DNA of 64,000 nucleotides from the human T2T-CHM13v2.0 reference genome, Homo sapiens: positions 43,904,001 to 43,968,000 of the forward strand of contig CP068257.2 of assembly GCA_009914755.4 (NCBI GenBank). The letters are read 5' to 3'. Shown piece after piece: positions 51,090 through 64,000 of this stretch. Made by a program: the position numbers and the translations under genes. The notes beneath the pieces are model-generated. The model was given only the letters and a program-made list of their open reading frames with translations, was not told where the DNA came from and did no database searches. Positions within the stretch are counted from its first letter, which is position 1. Each line of letters starts with the position of its first letter.

Positions 51090-54000
51090 TCACCTCCTTC
51101 ACCAAGGCCTCCAACATCCCAGCCCATTATGGCATCAGCACAAAGTCCAGGGTCTCATCATCTATGTCAGGTCTGTAAAGTACCCCCAGTGTATTCCTAA
51201 GATGCATTTACTCAAGCGCAATCCCTCCCAGCGTGAAGACCTGCAAACTAAAGGGGTCAAATTCCCTCTTCCACACACCCAACATTTTAATACAATGGGG
51301 AGGAAAGAAACCAGGATCGGTCTTTCTGACTGAAAAGTCAGAAAGCTGGCGGCACATTAGCAGTCAATGCCCACACAGCTAAAATCCAGCTGCAGGGCAC
51401 CAATTCCCCTGCTCTAGAGGTAGGAAGTGTACCTTAATTAGAGCTGAGTGTTTGTTCTATGCTCTTGCCTCTCCCTCCATGCTCTTGACTCCACCCTCTG
51501 AGTCACCCTTCCTTTCCCCCGAAAAACGGTCCATATTTTCATCTGATTACCTCTCTTAGTCATCTTCCTGGACATAGAAGATGGATGTCCCAGAGACTTC
51601 TTCTAATTTTGAATTGTCCCTTTATTCAGAGCTGACAGTGCTTCCACCAATACAATTCTCTTAAAAACTTGGTGGATTTCCTACAAATCTTAAGGGGGTC
51701 TCACTCCATTAGACAAAGATATCATCACAAGTCTCTCAGTCTCACTGAAAGAGTAAATGAGGCATGCCTTAAATCTTTCTCAAGTCTCAATAAAAGGTAT
51801 GAAATCCACACTTTTAATCTGAACTTTACCCCACAGCCATAGTTGACTTCAAACACACTGAGTTCCATCTTTGCCACGCAGCATTTTCTTACTGTGAGAA
51901 TATTTCTTTGTCTGAAAGATGCATATGAGAAACCACTTAGAGAAACCCAGCCAAGTCCTGACACCTTTATATTTTCTTTAAATTTTGCTCAAAAATGGGA
52001 CATTCCTTCATTATTTTATCTATATTACACACAGCTAAAAGAAAGCAGTTGCCAATTATGACAGTCTGCCTCAAAGTCTCTTCAGTCAAACCCACAAGCT
52101 CATGTGGTATATTTTTTGGTGTCCTGGTTTCCCCAAAGGATATTTTAACTAACGTTTCTGCTGCTACATGACAGCAGTCACTCTTTTCCATCTTTCCAGG
52201 TGTTCCCTCACTGAACTTTGAGACTTTACTATCAGTCTCATTGAGGTCTCTTAGCCCACACTTCCATCCCTAAGATGATTTCCCCAGTTTTAGGCTTTTG
52301 TTTCAGTAGCACCTCATTTCAAAGGTGCCGTTCACTTCCCAAGTAGTGCACCTGCAGTGTTGGGCAACAGAGAAAAAGTCCCTTTCTAATTCATACAAAG
52401 GGCTGGTGGAGGCCCAGGTCCCTCAAAGAAATTCTCCACTGCTTCACTTGTCCAAATGCCCCATCATCCAAGCCCAGCCAAAGTTCCTCTTCTGCTGTGT
52501 GGCCAGCCTTGACTTCTCCTCGCCTCTGAACTCCTTCTGTCTCATGTTAATCTTCTCTTGCAGCACTTTGTGTAGAGTTATTGGTTTATATATCTCATTA
52601 TTCTCATCTTGGTAAATTCTGGGTTGCACAGTACGAGGTTTTACTCTGAATTTTCAGTACGCATGTGATAACAGAATGAGTAAGTCAGTGAATGAGAGTC
52701 CACTCCCTCTTGCTCCCAACTTCATTCTAAAATGATAAATAAATTAAAGTAATGGTTACATTCCAAGGGGGATAAACACCAGGCAGGTTGTAATAGATGC
52801 TGTTACCACATTTCACCAAAAATTTAAGGTAGCACCACTTTTAAGATGTACCACTATTTTATATGCTGTTAAGGAATGTTGGCAATTGTTTTATGTTCAT
52901 TGAAAAAGAACCTCTTCATCACGCCCATGCCTTCTTCTACCTTTTTGAGCATATGAAATCTAGTTAGCACTGCCTCACTGTTCTTGTATACAAATCCCAT
53001 TGTATCTGTCTTCTCTGGGTCTGTTTCTATTGATGGATTTTGACCCTGGGTATGAATCATATTTTCCTGCTTCTATGTGTGATAGTTTTTGATTGAATGG
53101 TATAGACATTGTGAAAGGTACATGGGTGGGTGCTGAATTTTTGGTATTACTTTGAATATTCTTGGGTTGTGTTGGAATCCTTTTGAGGATTGCTTAGAAG
53201 CCTCGTTAGTGTGGGTCCTTCAGCCTGGGGCTAATCTGGCCCCATTGCTGACACACTACCCTGCTGCAGCCTCCACGATGCCCTTTGAATTAGGAGGTCT
53301 TTCCACTCTGGCTTGTGGGAACACGAACAATCCCAGCCCTGTTCGAGCTCCTCCGGATGTTCTGCCTCCTCCTTTCTAGTGGTTCTTTTCCCCTCAGGTA
53401 ATTTCTTCATAGGCATGCGTAGATCAGTGCTCAGCCACAGTTCTCTGGGTGGGTCTCCCTCTCGCCTTCTCTCACCCCATCTCTTTCTCTCCTCCCCCAT
53501 CTCTTTCTCTCCTTCCCCATCTCTTTCTCTCTCTGTAGCTCCCTCTTCTCTTGTACTCAGCCCTGAAAATTCTGGTTGCCTTGGCTTCCCCCAACTTATA
53601 ACTCAGTCTCTGCCGCAGCAAGACCCCGCCTTATCTGGGTACCCCCTCTCAGGCTCTGGCCTGGAGCTCCTCTCCAGACAGTAGCCAGGGGCTGGAAGGT
53701 CTCTCCTCATTAGTTTCTCCTCTCTCAGTAACTGCTGCCCAATTCTGACCGCTGTCCCATGTCTCAAAAGACATTTTTGCATATATTTTGTCCTTCTTTC
53801 TAGTTGTTTAAGGTGAGAGAGTAAATCTGGACCAGTTATTCTGTCGTGGCTCAAAGTGGAAGTCTTAGTTTTTGTTTAACTACAAATGCTTTTGTTTTAC
53901 TCTCATTCTTGAAAGGTATATCATGGGATGAACAGTTCTTGTTGAAAGCTGTTTCCTCCCAGGTATTTGAGACCTCTGCTTCTCACGGCTTCCCCTATTG

Positions 54001-54481
54001 CTGTTTAGGTGTTGGTTTCAGTGCCGTTCAACAGTTACTCATTCTTCTCTCCAGTTGCTTTTATAATCTTTGTCTTTGAGAATCTCCAGTTACAACAGGT
54101 GTGTCCAGATGTGGTTTTCTTCAAACACACTCTGCTTAGATTCTCTGAAGCTTCAGAGTCTGAGAAATGGTGCCTTTCCATTCACATCTCTTCCCTATTA
54201 CCTTGGCCCATTTAATCCACTTTTTTTCCTCCTAGAGCCCCAGTTAGGCCACGTGGGGCCTTTTTACTCCATCACAATGCTAACCACTAAAGAGAACTTA
54301 TTTTTCACCCTTTGTCTGTGTTGCACTCTGGGTGACTTCTTCAAATATATCTTCCAGTTCGCTAATTTTATATGTATTTGCATCTAATTTGCTGCTTAGC
54401 CTATTCATTGTTTTCAAATTCATTTATTCTTTTTTATTCCTAAGATGTTTCTCATATCTGCCTCCTCAATTCTGACAGTGT

Positions 54482-54791
<310 letters not shown>

Positions 54792-54849
54792 ACAGTTCTG
54801 ATGGTGTCCCGTCCACTTATTTTTAACGCCACGTTTTAGTTCTTTAAAC

Positions 54850-56250
54850 ACATGGGTCACGATACTCCCAGGCCCAGGTTGGGCCGCTCTCTTCCTCGTC
54901 TCCCCTTGAGGCCGGGGACGTGTAGGAGTGGGGCCTTCGCACGGAGTTCTCCAGCGGACTTCTTCCTTTCTTGCCTTTCCGTTTTTTTTTTTTTTTTTAA
55001 TTTTTAATTTTCCCGTTCCACCCAGACCCCTCTGGGGCGCGAGGAAGGTCCCCAGGCTGCGGGTCCCGCGCCGGCCCGGCCGCGCTTCTAAGGCAGGACT
55101 GCCGCGTGTCGGTCACGGTGTCGCGTATTCTCCGCGGGACGGACGTGTCTTCAGGTCCAACCCGCCCGGTGGGAAGCGCAGACACTGATTTTCCAGAAAA
55201 AGTCCTCCTTCCGTTTCCCGCACTGGTAGGAAAGCTGGGGAGAGAGAAGGAGTCTCACCGTCCTGGACCAGTCGGAACCACAGAGGCCGCTCCGGGTCCG
55301 GGGGCGACTTCCGAGTGGGGGAAGGAGGCCGGAGGGCGCGCGGCCGAGCCCAGACCCAGCAGAGCGCGCGGCCGCCCGCTCCCAGGTTTCCCTCCATCTC
55401 GGCCCCGGCCGCCTCTGAGGTTCTGGACCAAGCCCAGTGCCCGCTGCCCGCAGAAGGCCTCACTCTGGAGCCGGCGGGGAGGGCGGGGACGCGGCTGTCC
55501 AGAGCTCCGTGCCCGCCCCGGGAGTTCGAAGGGTGCTGGGGCCGAGGGGAAGGCTCTGGTCGGCGGCGTCAGCGGCAGCTCCCAGACGACCTAGGACTGC
55601 AAAGGGCCCAGGACGGGGGGCGGGGCGGAGACAGGAGGCGGGGCGGAGGCATGGGGGCGGAGACATGAAGGGGCGGGGCTGGGGCGGGGCTGAGGCAGGA
55701 GGGGCGGGGCTGAGGCAGGAGGGGCGGGGCTGAGGCAGGAGGGGCGGGGCAGAGCCTGAGACACCCCGCCCCGCCCCCCACCTCCACCTCGAGCCCGCCC
55801 CTCTCCCAGGCTCCTGCTCCAGGGCGAACCCGGGGGTCCTCTCCCATGGCTCTGTGGGGGACCCCGGGGAGGTCGCCCTGGCACGGGACACTGTCGCGGG
55901 GTAGGACCCGAGAGGGTCTGGGGCGGTCAGGCTTCATCCTGAGCACCGCCCGGGTGCAGGGAGCGCTGGGTGCTGGGTAAGCGCGCGCCTGCGGGAGAGG
56001 CGGAGGCGGGGGCGGGGGCGGGGGCGGCAGGGAGCCCCTGGGCACCCACGGCGGGCGAGGCGGCGGCTTCCACTCCCAGGGAGCGGGGGTTTCGCGCAGG
56101 GGACGGCGCCCGGCTTGAAATTTAGGAAATTCCGGTGTCCCGCCCGCGCAAGAGGCGCTGGAGCATTTCCAGGTCGTTATAGGGCCCGGCCGCGTGGGGA
56201 CCCCGGGGCAGATGCGCACCAAGCCTGGGACGCGCCTCCCAGGCCCTGCC
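54850..56250. promoter_or_regulatory. CpG island. Candidate promoter, possibly bidirectional. Has a poly-T tract at 54978-55000 and tandem Sp1 GC-boxes.
   Basis: Dense CpG content (gccggggacgtgtaggagtggggccttcgcacgg, gcgcgaggaaggtccccaggctgcgggtcccgcgccggcccggccgcgc, gtcggtcacggtgtcgcgtattctccgcgggacggacgtg). The Sp1 consensus ggggcggggc occurs 4-5 times between 55640 and 55760. Confidence 0.6.
55665..55750. repeat. 21-bp tandem repeat (GAGGCAGGAGGGGCGGGGCTG), about 3.5 copies, each carrying a canonical GC-box.
   Basis: The tract reads ggggcggggctggggcggggctgaggcaggaggggcggggctgaggcaggaggggcggggctgaggcaggaggggcggggcagagcc. Confidence 0.9.
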
Positions 56251-56274
56251 CGAGAAACCCTTGCATGCGTGGGC

Positions 56275-57150
56275 ACACACACAGAGATACACACAACACT
56301 CCATATGGACACACACACACACACAGATACACATAACACTCCATATGGACACCCACACACACTCCACATAGACACACACAACACTCCACATAGACACACA
56401 CATAGATACACACCACTCCACATAAGACACACACACAGATACATACCACTCCGCATAGGCACACACACACATACACAGGTACACACAACACTCCATATGG
56501 ACACACACACAGAGATACATACTACACATAGACACACACCATGCACAAACCACACACACATGCAACACTCCACAGACATACACACAGATACACAGATACA
56601 CCACGCCACATAGACACACCATCACACCACACACACAAAACACATCACATAGAGACACACACCACACACATACAAGATGCCACATAGATACACCACACAC
56701 AAACCACACACACACACCTCATAGACACACAAACCATGCACACTATGCACAAACCACACACACGCATACATACCCACAACACACCACATACACACCATGC
56801 ATACCACACCCACACTCCACATAGACACACAAACCACGCACACATACATACACACAACACACCATATGCACAAATCACGCACCAGCCACACACACAACAG
56901 GCCACATAGACACACACAACACGCACACCACACACACAAAACACTCCACATCGACACACAACTCACGCACAAACCACACACACACAACATGCCACATAGG
57001 CACACACACCACGCACACCACACACACACAAAACACTCCATGTCGACACACAAATCACACACAAACCACACACACAAAACACTCCACATAGACACACATA
57101 CCATGCACACCACCCACACACAAAAAAACACACCACATAGACGTGTTAGG
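56275..57150. repeat. ~880-bp CA/ACA-rich degenerate tandem repeat (units like CACACACAAAACACTCCACATAGACACA) adjoining the CpG island.
   Basis: The plus strand is almost free of G and T (cacacacacagagatacacacaacactccatatggacacacacacacacacagatacacataacactccatatggacaccc...). The minus-strand ORFs (CVCVCV...) are artefacts. Confidence 0.9.
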
Positions 57151-58249
57151 TAGTTAGACACACATCAGCAGCTGGGAGAGGGTAAAAAGGAGAACAGAGA
57201 AGCTGTCATTAAGCCCCTGGCCCACCTAAGTTCAGCCCCGAGCCCGCCCTAACTCCACCATGAGGGACGGAGTTTGAAGTGAAACCTGTGGCCAGCATGT
57301 CCTGTGGAAGGGGAAACCAGGGCACAGGTAGAAATCCCTAGAGCAGCATGTGCCCAGTGACCTAAAACTGTAATAACATTTACATGTGGCCCCCCCACAC
57401 TGGGCTTTTCTTAATGAATTATGGGTAAAAATATGCACAGTTTAATTTTAGCTGTGTCACCATAAGCTGCCAAATGACATCAGCCTGTCACTCAGCCCAA
57501 ACCTCAGCTACTTCTCACACCCCACAGAAGCACCTTGAGCTCTGTAACCAGGTGCTGATGTCACTTCTCAGAAATCAGCCTGCACACCCTCTGAGACAGT
57601 ATTACTGGAAATTTCAATCAACCTTGTTTTAAGCTTACATTTTGGTGTTTGCAGTTCTTTGCTCACTGTCACAAGAACCCAGATTGCTGGTTCAGAGCTC
57701 TGGCTCTGTGGATCTTGTCGGTTAAAAAATCCATCCGAACACAGAATTCTCGGTAACACACACACAATACACCAGGTGGACATACAACACACACATGCAC
57801 AAGGATGTTCACGATGACAGTGCTTGAAATAGAGGAAAACAATGCGTCCACATTTCCGTCAGTCAACCGTGGCCCGCCTATGGCCACCCGTCCATAGGGT
57901 CTGGATGAGGTCAAACGGGGGCCCCGTCAACAGCACAAGAAAATCATCAGCCAATTTTGCTTGGGAACAAGGGTGCAAAAATCTAAACTTACAGAAATCA
58001 CTACACAAATCTGACAGTGATTTAAAGATAACACCCGGTGATCAGATAGGAGTGCAGGAGTGCAGAGCGGGCTGACAGGGAAACCTGCGCCTGTTGAGGC
58101 AGGAAAATTGGGTCTGGAGGCAGGGAGCATAAGGCAGTTCACACTTCAGCTACCACAGGAAATATCCTCTCCATAGGGCATGGGCCAAGTAAATGACTTT
58201 GTAACTTCACTTCATCCTCTCCAGTTACATAGGGTGTACCCCCAAGAAG

Positions 58250-58362
58250 CCCCATGGCGCCATCACTCCACGGCCCCATCACCCCACGGCCCCGTCGCCC
58301 CACGGCCTCGTCGCCCCACAGCCCCGTCGCCCCACGGTCCCATCACCCCATGGCCCCGTCAT
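58250..58362. repeat. 15-bp tandem repeat (CCCACGGCCCCGTCG-like), about 7 copies.
   Basis: The tract reads ccatcactccacggccccatcaccccacggccccgtcgccccacggcctcgtcgccccacagccccgtcgccccacggtcccatcaccccatggccccgtc. Confidence 0.9.
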
Positions 58363-58476
58363 TTCAGCACTGGCGGCTGCTCTGCCCTGGGATGCGCCTG
58401 TCACGTGCAGTGATTTAAACATCAGTGAGGTGATTGATTCAAATACTGCGTACTCTTGCTAGTATTTTCCTTGCAT

Positions 58477-58808
58477 GCTGATATGGTTTGGCTGTGTCCC
58501 CACCTAAATCCCAACTTGAATTGTATCTCCCAGAATTCCCACGTGTTGTGGGAGGGACCCAGGGGGAGGTAATTGAATCACGGGGACCGGTCTTTCCTGT
58601 GCTATTCTCGCCAGAGTGAATAAATCTCACGAGATCTGATGGGCCTATCAGGGGTTTCTGCTTTTGCTTCTTCCTCATTTTCTCTTGCTGCCGCCATGAT
58701 TCTGAGGCCTCCCCAGCCATGTGGAACTGTAAGTCCAATTAAACCTTTTTTTCTTCCCAATCTCGGGTATGTCTTTGTCAGCGGCATGAAAAGGGACTAA
58801 TACACATG
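58477..58808 (+). mobile_element. MaLR solo LTR (THE1/MST-like).
   Basis: The segment tgatatggtttggctgtgtccccacctaaatcccaacttgaattgtatctcccagaattcccacgtgttgtgggagggacccagggggaggtaattgaatcacgggg...gccgccatgattctgaggcctccccagccatgtggaactgtaagtccaattaaacc...ctcgggtatgtctttgtcagcggcatgaaaagggactaatacac matches the remembered THE1 consensus. Confidence 0.8.
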
Positions 58809-59263
58809 CTTTATTGGTGACCAGGAGATGTTTTAAATTTTTCTATATGATTGTGGATTTCTCTTCTTCTTTCTTGGACTCTGCAACTTTGTTTTCTGTA
58901 GTTTGAGGCTGGCATCTTCCCGTGGGCTGGGCCCCATGCCACCAGCTGACCCTGGTCTGCTGAGCTCCTTGCCCGTGGTTCTTCTGCTTGGTGTTAATGC
59001 AGCCACCCCAGCTTTCCAGACCTCCCTTTCCATTTATCTTTCTGTGGCCTTACATTGAGGGTGTGTCTCCTGCAGGATCCAGTGTATCTTTATCTTTGAA
59101 TTGAACTTTCTGGTTCTTTTGTTTTGATTCCATTATCTGCGTTTGAATTCTGGCATTATGAATTGTTTTCTGTTTTTCCTACTTGTTCCCTGTTCCTTCT
59201 TCTCCTCGTGGCTTCGATTATTTTTTATTCCATGTTTATCCTCTCTTAGCCTGCCAGTTATGA

Positions 59264-59734
<471 letters not shown>

Positions 59735-59892
59735 GACACATTATCATTATTTTCTACCATGTATGCGTCTCTTTATTCACTTCCCTTTCCCGGGTCTGCG
59801 TTCCTTCCTTTATCCCCAAGCTCCCACCCCACCCTGGGGGGTCATTTCCTTTCCACCCTAAGAGCCCCTCATCATGGGTGCCGGTCTCTGGG

Positions 59893-60108
59893 TGGTCACT
59901 CCCCGGCCCGTCCGGGGTCACCTCCCTCCCACTCCCCTGCCTGCCTGGGGCCACCTCCCTCCACTCCACTGCTCATCCAGGGTCACCTTCCTCCACTCCC
60001 TTGCCTGCCTGGGGTCACCTCCCTCCCACTCCCCTGCCTGCCTGGGGTCACCTCCCTCCCACTCCCCTGCCTGCCTGGGGCCACCTCCCTCCACTCCTCT
60101 GCAGCTTC
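59893..60108. repeat. 33-bp tandem repeat (GGGGTCACCTCCCTCCCACTCCCCTGCCTGCCT), about 6 copies.
   Basis: The motif ggtcacctccctcccactcccctgcctgcctgg recurs. The six-frame ORFs GHLPPTPLPAW are artefacts. Confidence 0.9.
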
Positions 60109-60689
60109 TCTGCATTGCTTCTTCTCCTTCACCTTTTTTGGTTGATTTTCATCTTGTACCCTTGGCATTTTTGGTTGAGTGACAGATGTTCATAGGACAG
60201 GTCTCAGGCCACCAGTGGTGCCGTCTCCAGGGAGCCGAGTGGCGCTCGCTCCTGTGGTCACCCAGGGAGGGAGGCCCTTGTGACCCAACTGCAGACTCTG
60301 GGAGGGTGGGGTCAGGCTGATTCCCCTTCAGGGTTCCCACCAACAGCTGAGGGGCTTCTCGGGGCCCCTTTGTTTCCTTTGGCCCCATGAGTGCTGAGAG
60401 CTGAGTCCGGCTCCCATGGCTCAGCTCAGCTTTTGCTTCCCCAGTTATTGGTCAGCCCGGATCCACGCCGCCCCAAGCATCAGCCCATCATCCTTACTTT
60501 CCCCGTCTTTCAGACCTTGGCCCCCAAAATTGTCACTGCTTTAGGAGTTCTTCATTGATTTCGAACAGACATTTTAAGATAGTTTTTTCTAGCTTGTGTT
60601 GTGTTTTTAATGGGAGAGTTGGTCAGCGTCTGCTGGAACAGAGCTACGCCTATGGAACCGTAGACTTGTTCGTGCTTTATTGTAAGTTT

Positions 60690-60850
60690 CAGTCGCTCCT
60701 GTGTGCATGTGTGCATGTGCCTGGTGTGTGTGTCTTTGCATGTGTGTGCTCACATCTACATGTGCGTCTGCACATGTGCATCTGTGCATGTGTCCGTCTG
60801 TCTGCATGTATCTGTGCATGTGTGTGCACATGTGCATGTGTGTGATCTGA
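60690..60850. repeat. TG/GCATGTG-rich degenerate simple repeat.
   Basis: The tract reads tgtgtgcatgtgtgcatgtgcctggtgtgtgtgtctttgcatgtgtgtgctcacatctacatgtgcgtctgcacatgtgcatctgtgcatgtg... Confidence 0.85.
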
Positions 60851-62283
60851 GGCATCTTCCCATGACTGCTGCTTTCTGCTCCAGTTGCTCCTGGCTGAGC
60901 ATCAGTGCAGCATCAGTGCACCCCCTCAGCACCTGGACACCACTCCAGAGACTTCTGAGCAGAGGCTGACAGCGCAGGGGGGCTTACTAGCTGCCTTTCA
61001 TGCTGGCCGTGGTGGGTGAGCTGTCCAGCTCTCCTCTCCCAGATCTTCCAGGGGCCAGCAGGCTTCCACTAACCACAGGGCCTGGGGGCACTTCAGTCTA
61101 CCAGGGCAGATGCTTGCCAGGCCCATGGGGACCAGCAGGCTCCCGCAGGCCCTCCCAAAGCCACATGCAGCAGTGCGGCTGGCAAGCCCCACTTGGGGGA
61201 GACCCTGCTGTTGCCGGCCAGGCCTGTGGGACAAGTACAGTCTGACATCTTTGCCGATGGCCTGGAGATGAGCACCCCCTGCTCTCTCCTCGATGTTGCA
61301 GCAGAACCCACGCGTAGAGAGGGTTGGGGCGAGCAGTCCAGGCAGACCCCCGGGATTTTCCTGCCGTATTGCACAAGCATTCATGCGTTCATTTAATCTT
61401 GCTTTTTTAGGCAATACTTTAAAGACACAAAGTCTCAACAACCATCTTCCGCTTGACGAGACAGATCATTCTAATTTGAGCAGAAGCTACTATGTCCTGC
61501 CCTTTGAACGCGGCGGCCCGGACAGCTGACAAGGACACACTGTGTATTTCCATTCCAATTCTGGGAGTGCTCTGAGGCCTCTGGGGGAGAAGGACCCATG
61601 AAATATTCAAAACATAAGTGAATAAAATATCTAGGTGCTAGATATGGGCCAGGAAGAGCCCTCGGCCCTGCAAAGTGTGTGTGATGGTGAGAAGCTACCG
61701 GAAGAGATGGTCCCTGTGCTTGGTTCATTCCTTGGACATTTATCAAGCTGACGAATGTAGCAGAGGTGCTTCAGTCGGCTGTAATTCCACGGGTGGAGTG
61801 CTGGCTGGAGAGTTACCTGGGGCTGTCACACTGCATGGGCTCCGGGACACTGTGGCTGCCCTTATGTGGTGTCCCCGGAGGGCCCTGCAGGTGTCACACC
61901 GCTGCTCCACACTGCCACCTGCTGTCAGCATCTGTGCAACGTATCCAGGTCTCTGGGGGCTAGAATGAAAAACATGCATCTCGTAACCAATGAAATCGGG
62001 CTTGTCCTGAAGACCTCGTGCATTCATCCATTCTCACACTGCTATAAAGACATACCTAAGACTGGGCACTTCATGAAGAAAAGAGGTTTAATTGGCTCAC
62101 GGTTCTGCAGGCTTTACAGGAAGCATAGCAGCTTCCACTTCTAGGGAGGCCTCAGGAAACTTATAGTCATGGTGGAAGGTGAAGGCGGGACAAGGCGTCT
62201 CACATGGGAGCAGTAGAGAGAGAAAAAGAGGGGGTGCCGCACACTTTGAAACAACCAGATCTAACGATAACTCACTATCATGA

Positions 62284-62750
<467 letters not shown>

Positions 62751-62751
62751 T

Positions 62752-63048
<297 letters not shown>

Positions 63049-64000
63049 ACCTGCTGTCTTTTTGCATCTTCCAAGTAGACATCAAAGATTGGTTTGCTAT
63101 CAGTGTCACTTCTATAATCCGTGGTTCTATATGAAGAAAACAAAATCCCAATTGGGGAAAATGAACCCATGGCATTTTGTTTCTTACTCTGGAGCCGTTT
63201 CTGGCAGTTTGCCAGCAAGCACACAGACCCACAGGACAAGCTTGGTTCATGGCCTGGAGTGCTGGTCTTGCTCATGGACACGCAATCAGAAGCAGTATTT
63301 TGATACCCCTGTGCTCATGGCAAGGAGCTGCGTGGGCTTTCAGGGTGGAACCAGGGCTTCAGGGAACCCCTTCATCCCGACAGGCATCACCCAGAGCACA
63401 CCCAGAGCAGCCTGCAGCGGCGTGGAAGGGGCTTGCACTGGCCCCAAGGTGCAGGGGAGCCCTGCCTGCCTGTCTCCTGCTAGGCTTGCCTGGGCTCCCG
63501 CCTACAGACCATGAGAATTCTTCTAGCATGGGAAGAGAGTCTGACCAAAGTGACAACAGCCATCCCCTGACTGCCCAGCACTGTTCACTTCTTCCCAGAT
63601 ACTCCTACCAGACCAGGTCAGCCCTTCTTTTACTGGGGGGCCAGAAAGGTCCCCCCAATCCAGTCCAGGACTCCAGATGATGCCCATTTCTCTGCCAGTC
63701 CCAGCAATCTCCCTTCTCAGCATCTGGCATCCTGGGATGTACCCTAAAGTTCACTGGCTCAGAGCACCCTAACTATGGCTGCGGCGAGGGGGGAGGGCGG
63801 GATCAGGTCGGCGTGCTGCACATGGGTCCTGGGGCGGGAACAGTATTCTGGCTATGCTCCTGCAGCTGGGCCCTCACAAGGGGCAGCGTCTGCACCCTCT
63901 CAAGGCTTTGCAGATAAGGGTTTATTGAAGAGGGAGGTGACCCACACCATCCCCACTGAGGGATCTGGTTAGGGGGCTCCCCCCAGAATGTAGGCAAGAG

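Noticed and set aside
56122-57161. Cys/Val-rich minus-strand ORFs (CVCVCV..., 197, 179 and 346 aa) suggestive of metallothionein-like or membrane proteins
   Set aside because: They arise from translating the GT/TG-rich complement of the CA-rich simple repeat. No complexity, and frames overlap.

Overview
This window is human nuclear DNA, not prokaryotic. It holds at least 18 Alu SINEs with poly-A tails and target-site duplications, two old L1 LINE fragments, MaLR LTRs of the MSTA and THE1 classes, three CpG islands and an unusually dense set of GC-rich minisatellites. The only convincing protein-coding sequence is one minus-strand exon at about 2130-2368. Its 63-codon translation (MVPSSPAVEKQVPVEPGPDPELRSWRRLVCYLCFYGFMAQIRPGESFITPYLLGPDKNFTREQ) matches, from memory, the N-terminus of the reduced folate carrier SLC19A1 (chr21q22.3). 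An AG acceptor lies 49 nt upstream of the ATG, and the frame runs into intronic sequence after codon 63. The intron downstream of the exon carries a 64-bp x8 VNTR built from the donor-proximal sequence. A CpG island about 4 kb upstream (6100-7500) contains a 60/61-bp x4 tandem repeat consistent with the known polymorphic 61-bp repeat of the hRFC promoter. Further upstream lie a 1.58-kb 20-bp C-rich minisatellite, a second CpG island with (GGCGGCGCAGGG)n, a 1-kb 18-bp minisatellite, and a third CpG island with tandem Sp1 GC-boxes beside an 880-bp CA-rich repeat. Nearly all long ORFs in the six-frame track are artefacts of GC-rich or tandem-repeat sequence. No CRISPR array, operon or prokaryotic system is present.
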